A DNA stretch of 63,697 nucleotides, counting the filler, from Actinomycetota bacterium (GTDB lineage: Bacteria > Actinomycetota > Acidimicrobiia > IMCC26256 > VFJJ01): assembly GCA_009886115.1 (NCBI GenBank). It is 6 parts of 6 records of this genome, joined end to end, with 100 filler letters (N's around TTAATTAATTAA, not from the genome) between each part and the next. Parts side by side here need not be neighbours in the genome. Positions count along the whole stretch, not along the records: positions 37,638 to 55,052 come from VFJJ01000186.1; 5 more parts are not named here. One strand, 5' to 3'. The translations under genes and the position numbers were made by a program. The notes under the pieces are model-generated. The model searched no databases, was not told where the DNA came from, and saw nothing but the letters and a program-made list of their open reading frames with translations. Numbering within the stretch: position 1 is the first letter of the stretch; each line of letters starts with the position of its first letter. This document shows positions 39,646 to 48,974 of the stretch, piece after piece.

Positions 39646-39675
39646 CTGTCGTACCCCATCGGCATCATGGGGCGC
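39646..39675 (+). promoter_or_regulatory. conserved upstream motif, PafBC/RecA-NDp-like, probably leaderless
   Basis: CTGTCGTACCCCATCGGCATCATGGG, i.e. TGTCGT-N10-CATCAT-N7-ATG. Matches 21346-21374. Confidence 0.65.
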
Positions 39676-40671
39676 ATGAGATTCGAGCGGGTGGGTTCCA
39701 TCGCCAGCACTCAGTTCGGCCTGATCACGACCAGGCAGGCCCTCGGGGTGGTTTCCCGTCGCGATCTGGAGCGGGCCGTACGCACCGGCTCGCTCGTCCG
39801 GGTCGCCCAAGGGGTGTATGTCTTCGCAGGCGTCCCGCCGTCGTGGGAGCGGTTGGTGATGACCGCGGTGCTCGCGGCGGGCGAAGGGGTGCGCGTGTCC
39901 CACGCTGCGGCCGCGGTCCTGTGGGGCCTCCCCGGCTTCGACGGCCGCCTCCGGCCGCCACCGGAAGTCACGGTGCCCAACGGACGATGGCCCCGCCTCC
40001 GAGGGGTGGTCGTGCACTCGTCCTCGATGATCGATGGGGTGCACCAGGCCCGTCTGGGTGGCTGGCCGATCACCTCGATCGCCCGAACCCTCTGCGACGT
40101 GGCGCCACGCCTGTCGGCATCAGCGCTGACTGCGACGCTCGATCAGGCCCTCGTGACCAGGATGGTGACCGTCGAACAGATGAACGAGATGCTCGCCCTG
40201 CGCGCCGGACCCGGTCGGCGTTCCCCGGGAGCGCTACCACGCCTGATGGCAGCGCGGGGCGTCGAGTACGAGCGAGCCGACAGCCGCCCCGAGGTGATCC
40301 TGTATCGCTGGATCGTCGCAGCGGGTCTGCCCGTCCCCGTCCAGCAGCATCCCGTCACGGTCGATGGCCACACGTACTGGATCGACCTTGCCTACCCGGA
40401 GGGGCCCATCTTCTTCGAGTACGACGGCTGGGATCCGCACCGGTCCCGCTCGGCCTTCGACTCCGACCGGGCCCGTCGGAATCGGCTGACCTCGATGGGG
40501 ACGGTGTTGGTCTACACCTCGGCGAGCACCCGGGCTCAGGTCGTGTCCGACATCGCCACGGCCCTCCACCTCGATTCTTCGCGATTTCGCACCGGGGGTG
40601 CGCGAAATCGCGAAGAAACCGTGGGGCAGGCGCTGCGACGGGCCGCCGGTGGCGAACGGCGGGCCGGGTGA
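39676..40671 (+). CDS. AbiEi-like N-terminal domain + DUF559-like domain protein
   Basis: QFGLITTRQA...QGVY, SHAAAAVLWGL, TSIARTLCD, SRPE and DLAYP...EYDG..PH...D..R motifs. The ORF reads through the downstream palindrome. Confidence 0.88.
   Translation: MRFERVGSIASTQFGLITTRQALGVVSRRDLERAVRTGSLVRVAQGVYVFAGVPPSWERLVMTAVLAAGEGVRVSHAAAAVLWGLPGFDGRLRPPPEVTVPNGRWPRLRGVVVHSSSMIDGVHQARLGGWPITSIARTLCDVAPRLSASALTATLDQALVTRMVTVEQMNEMLALRAGPGRRSPGALPRLMAARGVEYERADSRPEVILYRWIVAAGLPVPVQQHPVTVDGHTYWIDLAYPEGPIFFEYDGWDPHRSRSAFDSDRARRNRLTSMGTVLVYTSASTRAQVVSDIATALHLDSSRFRTGGARNREETVGQALRRAAGGERRAG
40575..40618. repeat. palindrome family C, copy 2
   Basis: TTCTTCGCGATTTCGCACCGGGGGTGCGCGAAATCGCGAAGAAA, a direct repeat of copy 1. 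Confidence 0.93.
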
Positions 40672-40697
40672 GCCCCCGAGCGGGCGGGTGCTCGTGG

Positions 40698-41678
40698 TCA
40701 CCCCGCGGGTGGCGGGTCGAAACCGTGGAGCATGCGATCGCTGTCGGCCTCGCCGAGGTGCAACACCCTGATGGGCGACTCGGCCATCAGCTCGGCCATG
40801 TGATCGCGCACGTCCTCGATGCTCAACGGGCGCTTGGTGAATCCCTCGTTCACCCCGATCAGGACGCGCGCCATGTAGCCGGCGCCGACGGTGAAGATCT
40901 CGCCGGTCACGTTGCAGTGCTCGTGCACGAGCCACAGTGCGAGCGGCGCGATGTACTCGTGCCCGAACCAGGCGAACAGCTCGGGCGACGCCGGGATCGT
41001 CCCCAGCCCGGTCTCGTAGCGGGTCTTGGCCATGGGCATGAGCGCGTTGACGGTGATTCCGAGCGGACGGCCCTCGGCGGCCATCTCCCGGGTGAGCCCC
41101 ATCACCGCGGCCTTGCCGGCCGCGTACGGCGCCATGTTCGGGATCCCGTAGATGGCTGCGCCCGAGGAGAGGTTGAGGATCTTCCCGTACCCCTGCCGGG
41201 CCATGTGCCGCCACGCGGGACGGGTCACGTTGAACACGCCTCCCACCTGGGTCTCGAGCACCGGGTCGAGCAGCTCGGGCGTCACGTCCGCGAACGGAGC
41301 CTGGCGCACGACACCGGCGTTGTTGATCACGATGTCGATCCGGCCCCAGGTGTCGAGGGCCTTGGCCACGACGGCCGCGCCGCCTTCGACGGTGGCGATC
41401 GACTCGGTACTCGCCACGGCATCGCCGCCTGCGGCGAGGATCTCGGCGACGACGTCGTGGGCCGGGTTCGACGGCGGCGCCGTCCCCAGCCCGTCGGTGT
41501 CGCTGATGGCCACGCCGATGTCGTTGACGACGACCCGGGCCCCTCGCTCGGCGAGCCACAGCGCGTAGAGCCGACCCAGGTTCCGCCCCGACCCCGTCAC
41601 AGCGGCCACGCGTCCGTCGAAGCGGACCGGGCCGCTCGTCGAGCCGGTGTCGCCCGTCGATCCCGAGGTGGCGCTCAC
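40698..41678 (-). CDS. SDR-family oxidoreductase (MFE-2/3-hydroxyacyl-CoA dehydrogenase-like)
   Basis: VTGSGRNLG, VVVNDIG, INNAG and YAAGK motifs. Confidence 0.9.
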   Translation of the reverse strand: MSATSGSTGDTGSTSGPVRFDGRVAAVTGSGRNLGRLYALWLAERGARVVVNDIGVAISDTDGLGTAPPSNPAHDVVAEILAAGGDAVASTESIATVEGGAAVVAKALDTWGRIDIVINNAGVVRQAPFADVTPELLDPVLETQVGGVFNVTRPAWRHMARQGYGKILNLSSGAAIYGIPNMAPYAAGKAAVMGLTREMAAEGRPLGITVNALMPMAKTRYETGLGTIPASPELFAWFGHEYIAPLALWLVHEHCNVTGEIFTVGAGYMARVLIGVNEGFTKRPLSIEDVRDHMAELMAESPIRVLHLGEADSDRMLHGFDPPPAG

Positions 41679-42577
41679 CGCAGCACGTCACTTCCGAAGC
41701 CGGTGATGAGATCGAGGTACGCGGCCCGGCTCGGTGCCGGAAGATGCAGGCCCACCATGGTCACGCCCAAGGCACCGAGCTGTTCGACGACCTGACCGAA
41801 CGCCGAACCGTCCCACCCGGACGTGCCGTAGGCGCCCACCCCCACGGCGGCGAACATCACGTCGCGCAACCGGGGACGCCCGATGGCGTCGGCGTGGTCG
41901 GCCGCCATGGCGAGTCGCGACGCCAGTTCGTCGACGGTCTCCAGGGCTGCGGTCTTGCGGCGTGCGGCCAGCGAAGCCGGGTTGGGGAACGGCATCCAGC
42001 CATCGCCCAGCTCGACGGCCCGCCGAACCGCTCGGTTCGAGTTCCCTCCGATCCAGATCGGGGGATGGGGCTGCTGCACGGGTCGGGGCGCCATCGTGTG
42101 GGAGCGACCCGAAGCCGCGACCTCGACCGAGGCTCCGCTCCAGGCGGCCTTCATGGCGACGAGGGCGTCGTCGAAGCGGTCGTTGCGATCGTCGAAATCC
42201 TGGCCGAGAGCGGCGAACTCGGCTTCGAGATAGCCAGCACCGCAGCCCAGGATCAGGCGGCCCTTGGAGAGCACGTCGAGGCTCACCGCAGCCTTCGCGA
42301 GCAGGTACGGGTTGTGGTACGGGACGACGCAGAGGTTCGTGAGCACCAGGAGGCGAGTGGTTGCCGCGGCGGCGAAGCTGAGCGCCACGAAGGGATCGAG
42401 CGCGTGATGACCACCGCTGGCCATCCACTCGTCCTCGGGGAACGGATGCTCGGTCACGAACACGGCGTCGATCCCGGCATCCTCCGCAGCCCGGGCGACG
42501 GCCGAAACGCCGTCGAACGACGTGAACTCGTCACCCCGGTCGACCTGGTCGGTCTGCAACGACAGGCAGTAGCGCAT
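41675..42577 (-). CDS. LLM-class F420-dependent oxidoreductase
   Basis: TEHP, DPFVALSF, PYHNPYLLAK, GAGYLEAEF and WIGGNS motifs. Confidence 0.92.
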   Translation of the reverse strand: MRYCLSLQTDQVDRGDEFTSFDGVSAVARAAEDAGIDAVFVTEHPFPEDEWMASGGHHALDPFVALSFAAAATTRLLVLTNLCVVPYHNPYLLAKAAVSLDVLSKGRLILGCGAGYLEAEFAALGQDFDDRNDRFDDALVAMKAAWSGASVEVAASGRSHTMAPRPVQQPHPPIWIGGNSNRAVRRAVELGDGWMPFPNPASLAARRKTAALETVDELASRLAMAADHADAIGRPRLRDVMFAAVGVGAYGTSGWDGSAFGQVVEQLGALGVTMVGLHLPAPSRAAYLDLITGFGSDVLR

Positions 42578-42660
42578 GGCCGGCGTTCTATCGCTCGGGC
42601 CCGCCGGCCGCCACGTGGACCGCCACGTGGACCGCCACGCTGGCCCCGACAGGCGCGCGT

Positions 42661-43275
42661 TCACGCGCCCCAGGAGCCCCTTCGAACCACGTCGTCGAAC
42701 GAGCGCCGGGGTCGGCTCGCAGCCGATCCCACCGGGCGCGACAACGCCTCGGCGCTGGGATGGCCCAGCGCGACGATGCCGATCGGCTGCCAGTCGCCAC
42801 TCACGTCGAACGCATCGCGCAGAGGGCCGTAGTCGTCGAGCGCATAGAACAACGCGCCGAGCCCGGCATCCACGACGCCGAGCAGCAGCGTCATGGTGGC
42901 GAACGACGTGTCGACGAGCCAGTAGGGGACGGGCCACGCCTCGGCCGACTCACCCAGGCCGGCTCGGGCCTTGTCGGGCTCGGCGTAGCGGTCGACGTAG
43001 GCCTGCGAGTGCGCGAGCGGGATGACGATCGCCGGGGCCCGGAGCAACCCGGGGAACGCGAACCCGGCGCGGGCGACGGCGGGAAGGGTCACCTCCCAGA
43101 ATCGATCCCGCTCGCGGGGCTCGTCGAGCACGAGGAAGCCGGTGCCCTGGCTGAACCCGGCCGAAGGCGCCCGGCGGGCCTGGTCGATGAGCATGTCGAG
43201 GATGCCCGCGGCAATTGGACGGCCGTCGAAATCGCGACACATCCGCCGCCGTCGTACGGTGTCGCCGAACTCCAT
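42661..43275 (-). CDS. nitroreductase family protein
   Basis: VRRRRMCRDF, APSAGFSQG, VPYW.VD and GLGALF motifs. Confidence 0.92.
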   Translation of the reverse strand: MEFGDTVRRRRMCRDFDGRPIAAGILDMLIDQARRAPSAGFSQGTGFLVLDEPRERDRFWEVTLPAVARAGFAFPGLLRAPAIVIPLAHSQAYVDRYAEPDKARAGLGESAEAWPVPYWLVDTSFATMTLLLGVVDAGLGALFYALDDYGPLRDAFDVSGDWQPIGIVALGHPSAEALSRPVGSAASRPRRSFDDVVRRGSWGA

Positions 43276-43299
43276 GATGGCAGCCTTGCACCCCGGTGC

Positions 43300-44337
43300 T
43301 CAGCGCGTGAGCACCACCATCTGCTCGATGCGGCTGACCGTCACCCCGGCAGCAGGAACGACAGGCGGGGCGACCAGGGAGGTGGCGCCGGTCAGGGCGT
43401 AGTCGAGGGCCAGGCCAGGAAGGTTCACGCCCGATCCGGCGCACGACACGCTCGTGCCTGCAGCCATGCGCGGGTTGATCTCCAACATCGTGGGCGTGCC
43501 ACCGGCATCTTCTCGAACCTGAACGTTGAACGTGTATGAGAGGTTGAACGTCGCGGCAGCTCGTCGGGCAACCTCGATGAGATCGTCGGCCGGCTCGACG
43601 CGTTGCACACGCCCGTCGACCTTGCGCCGTGCGACGGCCACGGCCAGCTCCCCCTTCCACGCGACGCAGTCGATCGACCATTCGAAGCCGTGCAGGTACT
43701 CGGACACGAGGAGCGCCGGGAAGGGCTCGCCGGCAACAGCCAAGGCTCGTTCGGCTTCGGCCCGGGAGATCTGCACGCCCGCCGGGGTGAACAACGACGG
43801 GGCCTCGTCGGTGACGATGCGGAAGCCCGTCGCTCCCTCGGCTCGCGCCGGTTTGCAACAGACGGTGTGCCCGCCAGCAGCGAGACGGTCGACGGCGGCT
43901 CGGAACTCCGGGATCGTCGTCACCGCCTCGTAGACCGGGATGCGAGCAACCTCGTCCGCTCGACAGACCTCCAGCTGGGAGACCTTGTCGGCCAGGATGC
44001 GATAGGTCGCGCCGTCGGGAGCCGCGCAGACCACGGCCACCCCGGCAGCCGTGAAGGCGGGGAGACGGTCGGCGATGGCCCCGAGGCGATGATGCGGCCA
44101 GAACACGTCGATCCCGTGGTGGTGACATTGCTCGAGCGCCCAGGTGACGTAGTCGTCGCCCTGGAGCGGTGACTCCCCACCGCGCTCGTCGGCCGCGGCG
44201 AGCACCAGCGAATCGGGCAGATCATGGGTGGCCCGGATGTGGATCTCGGGGTTGCTCTCGCGCAGCAACCGCGCAAGGTGCCAGCCCGACGAGAACATTC
44301 GATTGATCCATACCCTCGTCGTGGCCACGGCCGGCAA
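43300..44337 (-). CDS. ATP-grasp domain protein (Ter-cluster associated)
   Basis: CKP..AEGATGFR, EYL.G.EWSID and LEINPRMAAG motifs. Divergent from the ter operon; start may be GTG 44328. Confidence 0.88.
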   Translation of the reverse strand: MPAVATTRVWINRMFSSGWHLARLLRESNPEIHIRATHDLPDSLVLAAADERGGESPLQGDDYVTWALEQCHHHGIDVFWPHHRLGAIADRLPAFTAAGVAVVCAAPDGATYRILADKVSQLEVCRADEVARIPVYEAVTTIPEFRAAVDRLAAGGHTVCCKPARAEGATGFRIVTDEAPSLFTPAGVQISRAEAERALAVAGEPFPALLVSEYLHGFEWSIDCVAWKGELAVAVARRKVDGRVQRVEPADDLIEVARRAAATFNLSYTFNVQVREDAGGTPTMLEINPRMAAGTSVSCAGSGVNLPGLALDYALTGATSLVAPPVVPAAGVTVSRIEQMVVLTR

Positions 44338-44464
44338 GCTATCGACCCCGGAGGGCCGAACGGTGGACCGTCGCGGGCTCGAGCGGCGACGGGGCAGCGA
44401 GTGGCGCGCAGCACCCGCTCGGCGAGCCTACGATCGTGGCCGCCAGACAGCGGAGGGACGGCCC

Positions 44465-44650
44465 GTGCGAGTCGAATACAAGGTCATGACCCAGAAGGAC
44501 AAGATGTGGGGAGATCGGTTCGACCCCGATCAACTGGAACAGGCGATCAACGCCTATGCGTCAGAGGGCTGGCGGGTCGTCACCATGGCGACCGCGAGCT
44601 TGGGTGGCGATCGCGACGAAGTGATCATCGTCTTCGGCCGGGAGGTGTGA
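44465..44650 (+). CDS. DUF4177-like small protein
   Basis: EYKV...LEQAINAYASEGWRVV...IIVFGR. GGAGGG RBS. Confidence 0.8.
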   Translation: MRVEYKVMTQKDKMWGDRFDPDQLEQAINAYASEGWRVVTMATASLGGDRDEVIIVFGREV

Positions 44651-44651
44651 C

Positions 44652-44900
44652 GTGGAGGAGCGCTTCGGCGTCTCGGGTTCGAGCATGGGTGGGGTCTTCT
44701 TCGTCGAGGGGGTGATCCCCGGCGCTCGGGCCTTCGAGCACATACGGATCGAGATCGGCAAGCAGAACGCCAACCTCATCCAGGTCAAGCAGGAGATGGC
44801 CGAGAAGGCCAACAAGAAGGGCGCGGTCGCCGTACAGAGCTTCCGGTACGGACAGATGAAGAAGGGCTGGTACGGCGAGGGCGACCTCGTCCACGTGTAG
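44652..44900 (+). CDS. small hypothetical protein (possible YbjQ-like fold)
   Basis: 82 aa with KQEMAEKANKKGAVAVQSFRYG. GGAGG RBS and tight operon packing. Confidence 0.7.
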   Translation: MEERFGVSGSSMGGVFFVEGVIPGARAFEHIRIEIGKQNANLIQVKQEMAEKANKKGAVAVQSFRYGQMKKGWYGEGDLVHV

Positions 44901-44903
44901 ACC

Positions 44904-45833
44904 ATGCCTGAATTCGCCCGGGGTCAAAAATCGCGTCTCAGCGATCACACGAACGCCACCGAGCTCAACGTGGGCATCGACGTGTCGAGCGCCCAGAACT
45001 TGGTGTTCGACATCTGCTGCTTCGCGCTCGACGCCAACGACCGGTTGATCGACGACGACCATCTCGTGTTCTTCAACAACCCGGTGTCGCCCGACGGGGC
45101 CATCCGATCCGTCGGTCCGCACGGGGGTGACGAACAGGTCTTCTCGATCAACCTGGCGGCGCTCTCGCCTTCGGTGGTGCGCCTGGTCTTCACGATCAAC
45201 CTCGAGGGCGGCGGCACGATGGCCGACATCGCCCGAGGTCATGTGCGGATCGTTGCCGCCGGGGCCGAGGTCCTGAAGTACCCGTACTACGGGGCCGACT
45301 TCACCAACGAGCAGTCGATCATCGCCGCCGAGCTCTACCAGCGCGACGGCTGGCGTTTCGGCGCCGTCGGTCAGGGCTTCGTCGGCGGTCTCGAGACGCT
45401 GGTGCGTACCTTCGGTGGCGACATCGCCAGCGATTCCCCGTCCCCCATCCTGGCGCCACCGGCGCCCGCCGCTCCGCCGCTGGCTCCCTTGGCGTCGCCG
45501 TCGCTGCCCGCCGCTGGGCTTGCGCCTTCCCCGCCTCCTCCACCACCTCCGCCTCCGCCTCCAGGAGCGGCGGCGCCCGTCAGTGCCCTGTCGCTCTTCG
45601 GCTCGACGGTGTCGTTGACCGGGCTCGGTCCGCAGCTCTCGGGGCCGCCGATGGAGTACAAGGTTCTCACCCAGCGTGATCGTTTCTTCGCCGGCAAGCT
45701 CAACGCCGACCAGGTGGAGCAGGCGATCATGGCCTACGCGTCCGAAGGATGGGTGATGATCAGCTCGGCCACCGCTGCGCTGGGTGGCCGGCGTGAGGAG
45801 TACCTGGCGCTGCTCGGCCGTCCGATCGGCTGA
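44904..45833 (+). CDS. TerD-domain protein fused via Pro-rich linker to a DUF4177-like domain
   Basis: RGQK, DICCF.LD...FFNN..SPDG and [17 protein letters not shown] motifs. C-terminal EYKV...AYASEGW. Confidence 0.88.
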   Translation: MPEFARGQKSRLSDHTNATELNVGIDVSSAQNLVFDICCFALDANDRLIDDDHLVFFNNPVSPDGAIRSVGPHGGDEQVFSINLAALSPSVVRLVFTINLEGGGTMADIARGHVRIVAAGAEVLKYPYYGADFTNEQSIIAAELYQRDGWRFGAVGQGFVGGLETLVRTFGGDIASDSPSPILAPPAPAAPPLAPLASPSLPAAGLAPSPPPPPPPPPPPGAAAPVSALSLFGSTVSLTGLGPQLSGPPMEYKVLTQRDRFFAGKLNADQVEQAIMAYASEGWVMISSATAALGGRREEYLALLGRPIG

Positions 45834-45910
45834 CGGCGTCACACTCCAGCCTCTTCGGAGGATTTTTCGGACTACCCTTCAACCCAGTCCCTTTCACCCA
45901 AGGAGTCCCC

Positions 45911-46486
45911 ATGAGCGTCTCTCTCAGCAAGGGCGGGAACGTCTCGCTCTCCAAGACCGACCCCAGCATGAAGAATCTCCACGTCGGACTGGGCTGGGAC
46001 ATCCGGGCCACCGACGGCGATGCCTACGACCTCGATGCCTCGGTGTTCCTGCTGACGTCGACGGGCAAGGTGCGATCCGACGGTGATTTCATCTTCTACA
46101 ACAACCTGAAGTCGTCCGACGGTTCCGTCGAGCACACCGGCGACAACAAGACGGGCGAGGGCGAGGGCGACGACGAGGTCGTCAACGTGAACCTCGACGG
46201 CGTCCCTGCCGAGGTCGACAAGATGGCGTTCTGCGTGACGATCCACGACGCCGAGACCCGCAAGCAGAGCTTCGGCCAGGTGCAGGGCGCGTTCATCCGG
46301 GTCGCCAACAAGGACTCGGGAACCGAGCTCGCCCGCTACGACCTGTCCGAGGACGCCTCGACCGAGACCGCCATGATCTTCGGCGAGGTCTACCGCGCGA
46401 GCGGCGAGTGGAAGTTCCGTGCCGTGGGCCAGGGCTTCGTCGGCGGCCTCGGGCCGCTGGCTCGCAACTTCGGCGTCAACGCATAG
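45911..46486 (+). CDS. terD: TerD family stress protein
   Basis: [33 protein letters not shown] and WKFRAVGQG motifs. Confidence 0.95.
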   Translation: MSVSLSKGGNVSLSKTDPSMKNLHVGLGWDIRATDGDAYDLDASVFLLTSTGKVRSDGDFIFYNNLKSSDGSVEHTGDNKTGEGEGDDEVVNVNLDGVPAEVDKMAFCVTIHDAETRKQSFGQVQGAFIRVANKDSGTELARYDLSEDASTETAMIFGEVYRASGEWKFRAVGQGFVGGLGPLARNFGVNA

Positions 46487-46604
46487 CGGTCCCGAATCTC
46501 GTTGGCAGCGCCCCGGTTCGGCCTCAGCCTGCCGGGGCGTTGTCGTTGTTGCGGCACGCCGCGATGTCGGCTGGGCCGCCACGTCATTCTCGAAAGGTGT
46601 CGTC

Positions 46605-47888
46605 GTGGCTGATTTCTCCCGAGGTCAAAAGAGCAAGGTAAGCGACCTCACGTCGGCGACCAGCTTCGTCGTCGGCATCGATGTCCAGGCCGACGGGAAC
46701 CCCGACATCGACATCTCCTGCTTCGGTGTCGACGCTGCGGGCAAGCTCTCGGACGATCGCTACTTCGTCTTCTTCAACCAGACCGCCTCGCCCGAGGGCG
46801 CCATCACCTTGAAGGGCACGGCCGACGGCGACAAGCAGACGTTCAGCGTCGATCTCGACCGGGTTCCGGCGTCGATCGACAAGCTGGTGTTCACGGCCAC
46901 GATCGACGGTGCAGGGACGATGTCGCAGATCAGCCGGGGCCACCTCCGGATCGTCGCCGGGGGCTCCGAGGTGGTCCGCTTCCCATTCGCCGGTGCCGAC
47001 TTCTCCCAGGAGAAGGCCCTGATGATCGGCGAGCTCTACCGCAAGGACGTCTGGCGCTTCGCTGCGGTGGGCGCAGGATTCAACGGCGGCTTGAGCGCTC
47101 TCCTCGTCCACTTCGGCGGCAGCGAGTCCGATGTTGCGGCGCCGGCCCCGGCTGCCCCGTCCCCGTCCCCGCCCCCGCCCCCGGCCCCGGTACCGCAGGC
47201 TGCACCCCCGCCTGCCGCGCCCGCCCCGAGCGCGCCCCCGGCTCCCGCGGCCGGTCCCAAGCTGTCGTTGTCGAAGGTCACGCTCGACAAGCGAGGATCG
47301 ACGGCTCGGGTCTCCTTGGCCAAGGGGGGATCGGGATTCCAGAAGATCCACGTGAACCTGAACTGGGACAACCCCAACGCCGGTGGTGCCAGCAAGCCCG
47401 CCAAGAAGAGCCTCTTCGGGCGCAAGGAGGGATCGGGTGCTCCCGATCTCGACCTGGGCTGCATGTGGCGTCTGCTCGACGGCACGGCCGGCGTGATCCA
47501 ACCCCTCGGTGGTCGATTCGGCTCACGTACCGAGCCGCCCTACATCCTGCTCGACAAGGACGACCGATCGGGCTTCGACGCCGATGGCGAGAACCTCTAC
47601 ATCGAGCGCACCGACCTCGTCGACCTCGTCGTGGTCTTCGCCATGATCTACGAGGGCGCGACCGACTTCACCGCCGTCGGTGGCCGCCTCACGATCGTCG
47701 ACGAGGACCAGGAGGTGGCCATGCGCCTGGCCTCTCCCGAGCGCGGTGTGGGCTTCGTCGCGGCATGCAGCATCCGTAGAATCGGTGACGAGGTCGTGGT
47801 CACCAACGAAGAGCGCTACTTTCCCGGGCACAAGCAGTGCGACGAGCATTTCGGTTTCGGCTTCAAATGGGTTGCCGGATCGAAGTAG
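46605..47888 (+). CDS. TerD-domain + TerA-like C-terminal domain protein
   Basis: N-terminal TerD domain, Pro/Ala linker, then VNLNW...DLDLGC...QPLG..FG...PYI.LDKDDRSG...GENL...WVAGSK. Confidence 0.88.
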   Translation: MADFSRGQKSKVSDLTSATSFVVGIDVQADGNPDIDISCFGVDAAGKLSDDRYFVFFNQTASPEGAITLKGTADGDKQTFSVDLDRVPASIDKLVFTATIDGAGTMSQISRGHLRIVAGGSEVVRFPFAGADFSQEKALMIGELYRKDVWRFAAVGAGFNGGLSALLVHFGGSESDVAAPAPAAPSPSPPPPPAPVPQAAPPPAAPAPSAPPAPAAGPKLSLSKVTLDKRGSTARVSLAKGGSGFQKIHVNLNWDNPNAGGASKPAKKSLFGRKEGSGAPDLDLGCMWRLLDGTAGVIQPLGGRFGSRTEPPYILLDKDDRSGFDADGENLYIERTDLVDLVVVFAMIYEGATDFTAVGGRLTIVDEDQEVAMRLASPERGVGFVAACSIRRIGDEVVVTNEERYFPGHKQCDEHFGFGFKWVAGSK

Positions 47889-47915
47889 CTGTCCATAGGG
47901 AAAAGGCGCGTCACC

Positions 47916-48974
47916 TTGCGACACTTCGGTTTCATGGCTCCCGAGCGATCGGACGAGGTCTTCGCAGTCGCGCCGAGTGAGATCGACGGGAACTCGTCGA
48001 TCTCACTCGTTGGTATGAGCCTGGGAGCCACGCTCTACACGCCGGCCACGCACGGCGGGCTGGCGAAGAAGCTGAACTGGTTGGCGTCCGAGATCGGCCT
48101 GACCACCTCGGTCCTGTGCCTCGAAGATGCCATCGCCGATTCCGACGTGCACCGAGCCGAGGCCAACGTGGTCGAGGCGCTGGATGAGGCGTTGGCCGAC
48201 GGGCTGGCCCTGCCCCGGGTGTTCCTGCGCGTCCGTGCACCCGAGCAGATCGGCCGTCTGGTGGAAGCACTCGGTCCCGTGTTGACGGCCGAGGCGATCA
48301 GCGGGTTCGTGCTTCCGAAGTTCGGCTCCGAGAACGGGCACGCGTACCTCGAGGCCACGCGGGCACTTGCGCCGAAGGCGCTCGTGATGCCCATCCTCGA
48401 GTCGCTGGCCATCGCCCACGTCGAGACCCGAAGGGCCGAGCTGGCCGCTGTGCGCGCGCTCGTCGACGAGCATCGCGATCGGATTCCGTGCCTCCGGCTC
48501 GGCGGCACCGACCTCTCCGGGCTCTTCGGGTTGCGCAGACCGCACGACAGCACCATCTGGGATGTCGCTGTCGTGCGCGACGTCATCGCCGACATCGTCA
48601 ACGTGTTCGGACGAGCCGGCGAGGCGCTGCCGATCTCGGGCGCGGTGTGGGAGTACTACCGGTCGAGTCCGGTCGACGGGCTCGTGCGCGAGGTACGGCT
48701 CGACCACGTGAACGGACTGTGCGGAAAGACGGTGATTCACCCCTCGCACGTCCAGATCGTCAACGCCATGCACGCCGTGCCGTTCGACGACCACCAGGAC
48801 GCCCTGGCCATCGTCGACGAAGGGATCCACGCAGGGGCCTCCGCCGGACTTGGCGGGGCGCGGATGAACGAGGCTCGACCCCATCGCCCGTGGGCGCTCC
48901 GAGTTCTCCAGCGAGCCACGGGCTACGGCGTCCTCGCTCCCGCTGTGACCTGGCGCGACCTGCTGCACGCGTGA
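47916..48974 (+). CDS. HpcH/HpaI aldolase/citrate lyase family protein
   Basis: LGATLYTPA, CLEDAI, LGGTD...GLRR and GKTVIHPSH motifs. TTG start. Confidence 0.9.
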   Translation: MRHFGFMAPERSDEVFAVAPSEIDGNSSISLVGMSLGATLYTPATHGGLAKKLNWLASEIGLTTSVLCLEDAIADSDVHRAEANVVEALDEALADGLALPRVFLRVRAPEQIGRLVEALGPVLTAEAISGFVLPKFGSENGHAYLEATRALAPKALVMPILESLAIAHVETRRAELAAVRALVDEHRDRIPCLRLGGTDLSGLFGLRRPHDSTIWDVAVVRDVIADIVNVFGRAGEALPISGAVWEYYRSSPVDGLVREVRLDHVNGLCGKTVIHPSHVQIVNAMHAVPFDDHQDALAIVDEGIHAGASAGLGGARMNEARPHRPWALRVLQRATGYGVLAPAVTWRDLLHA

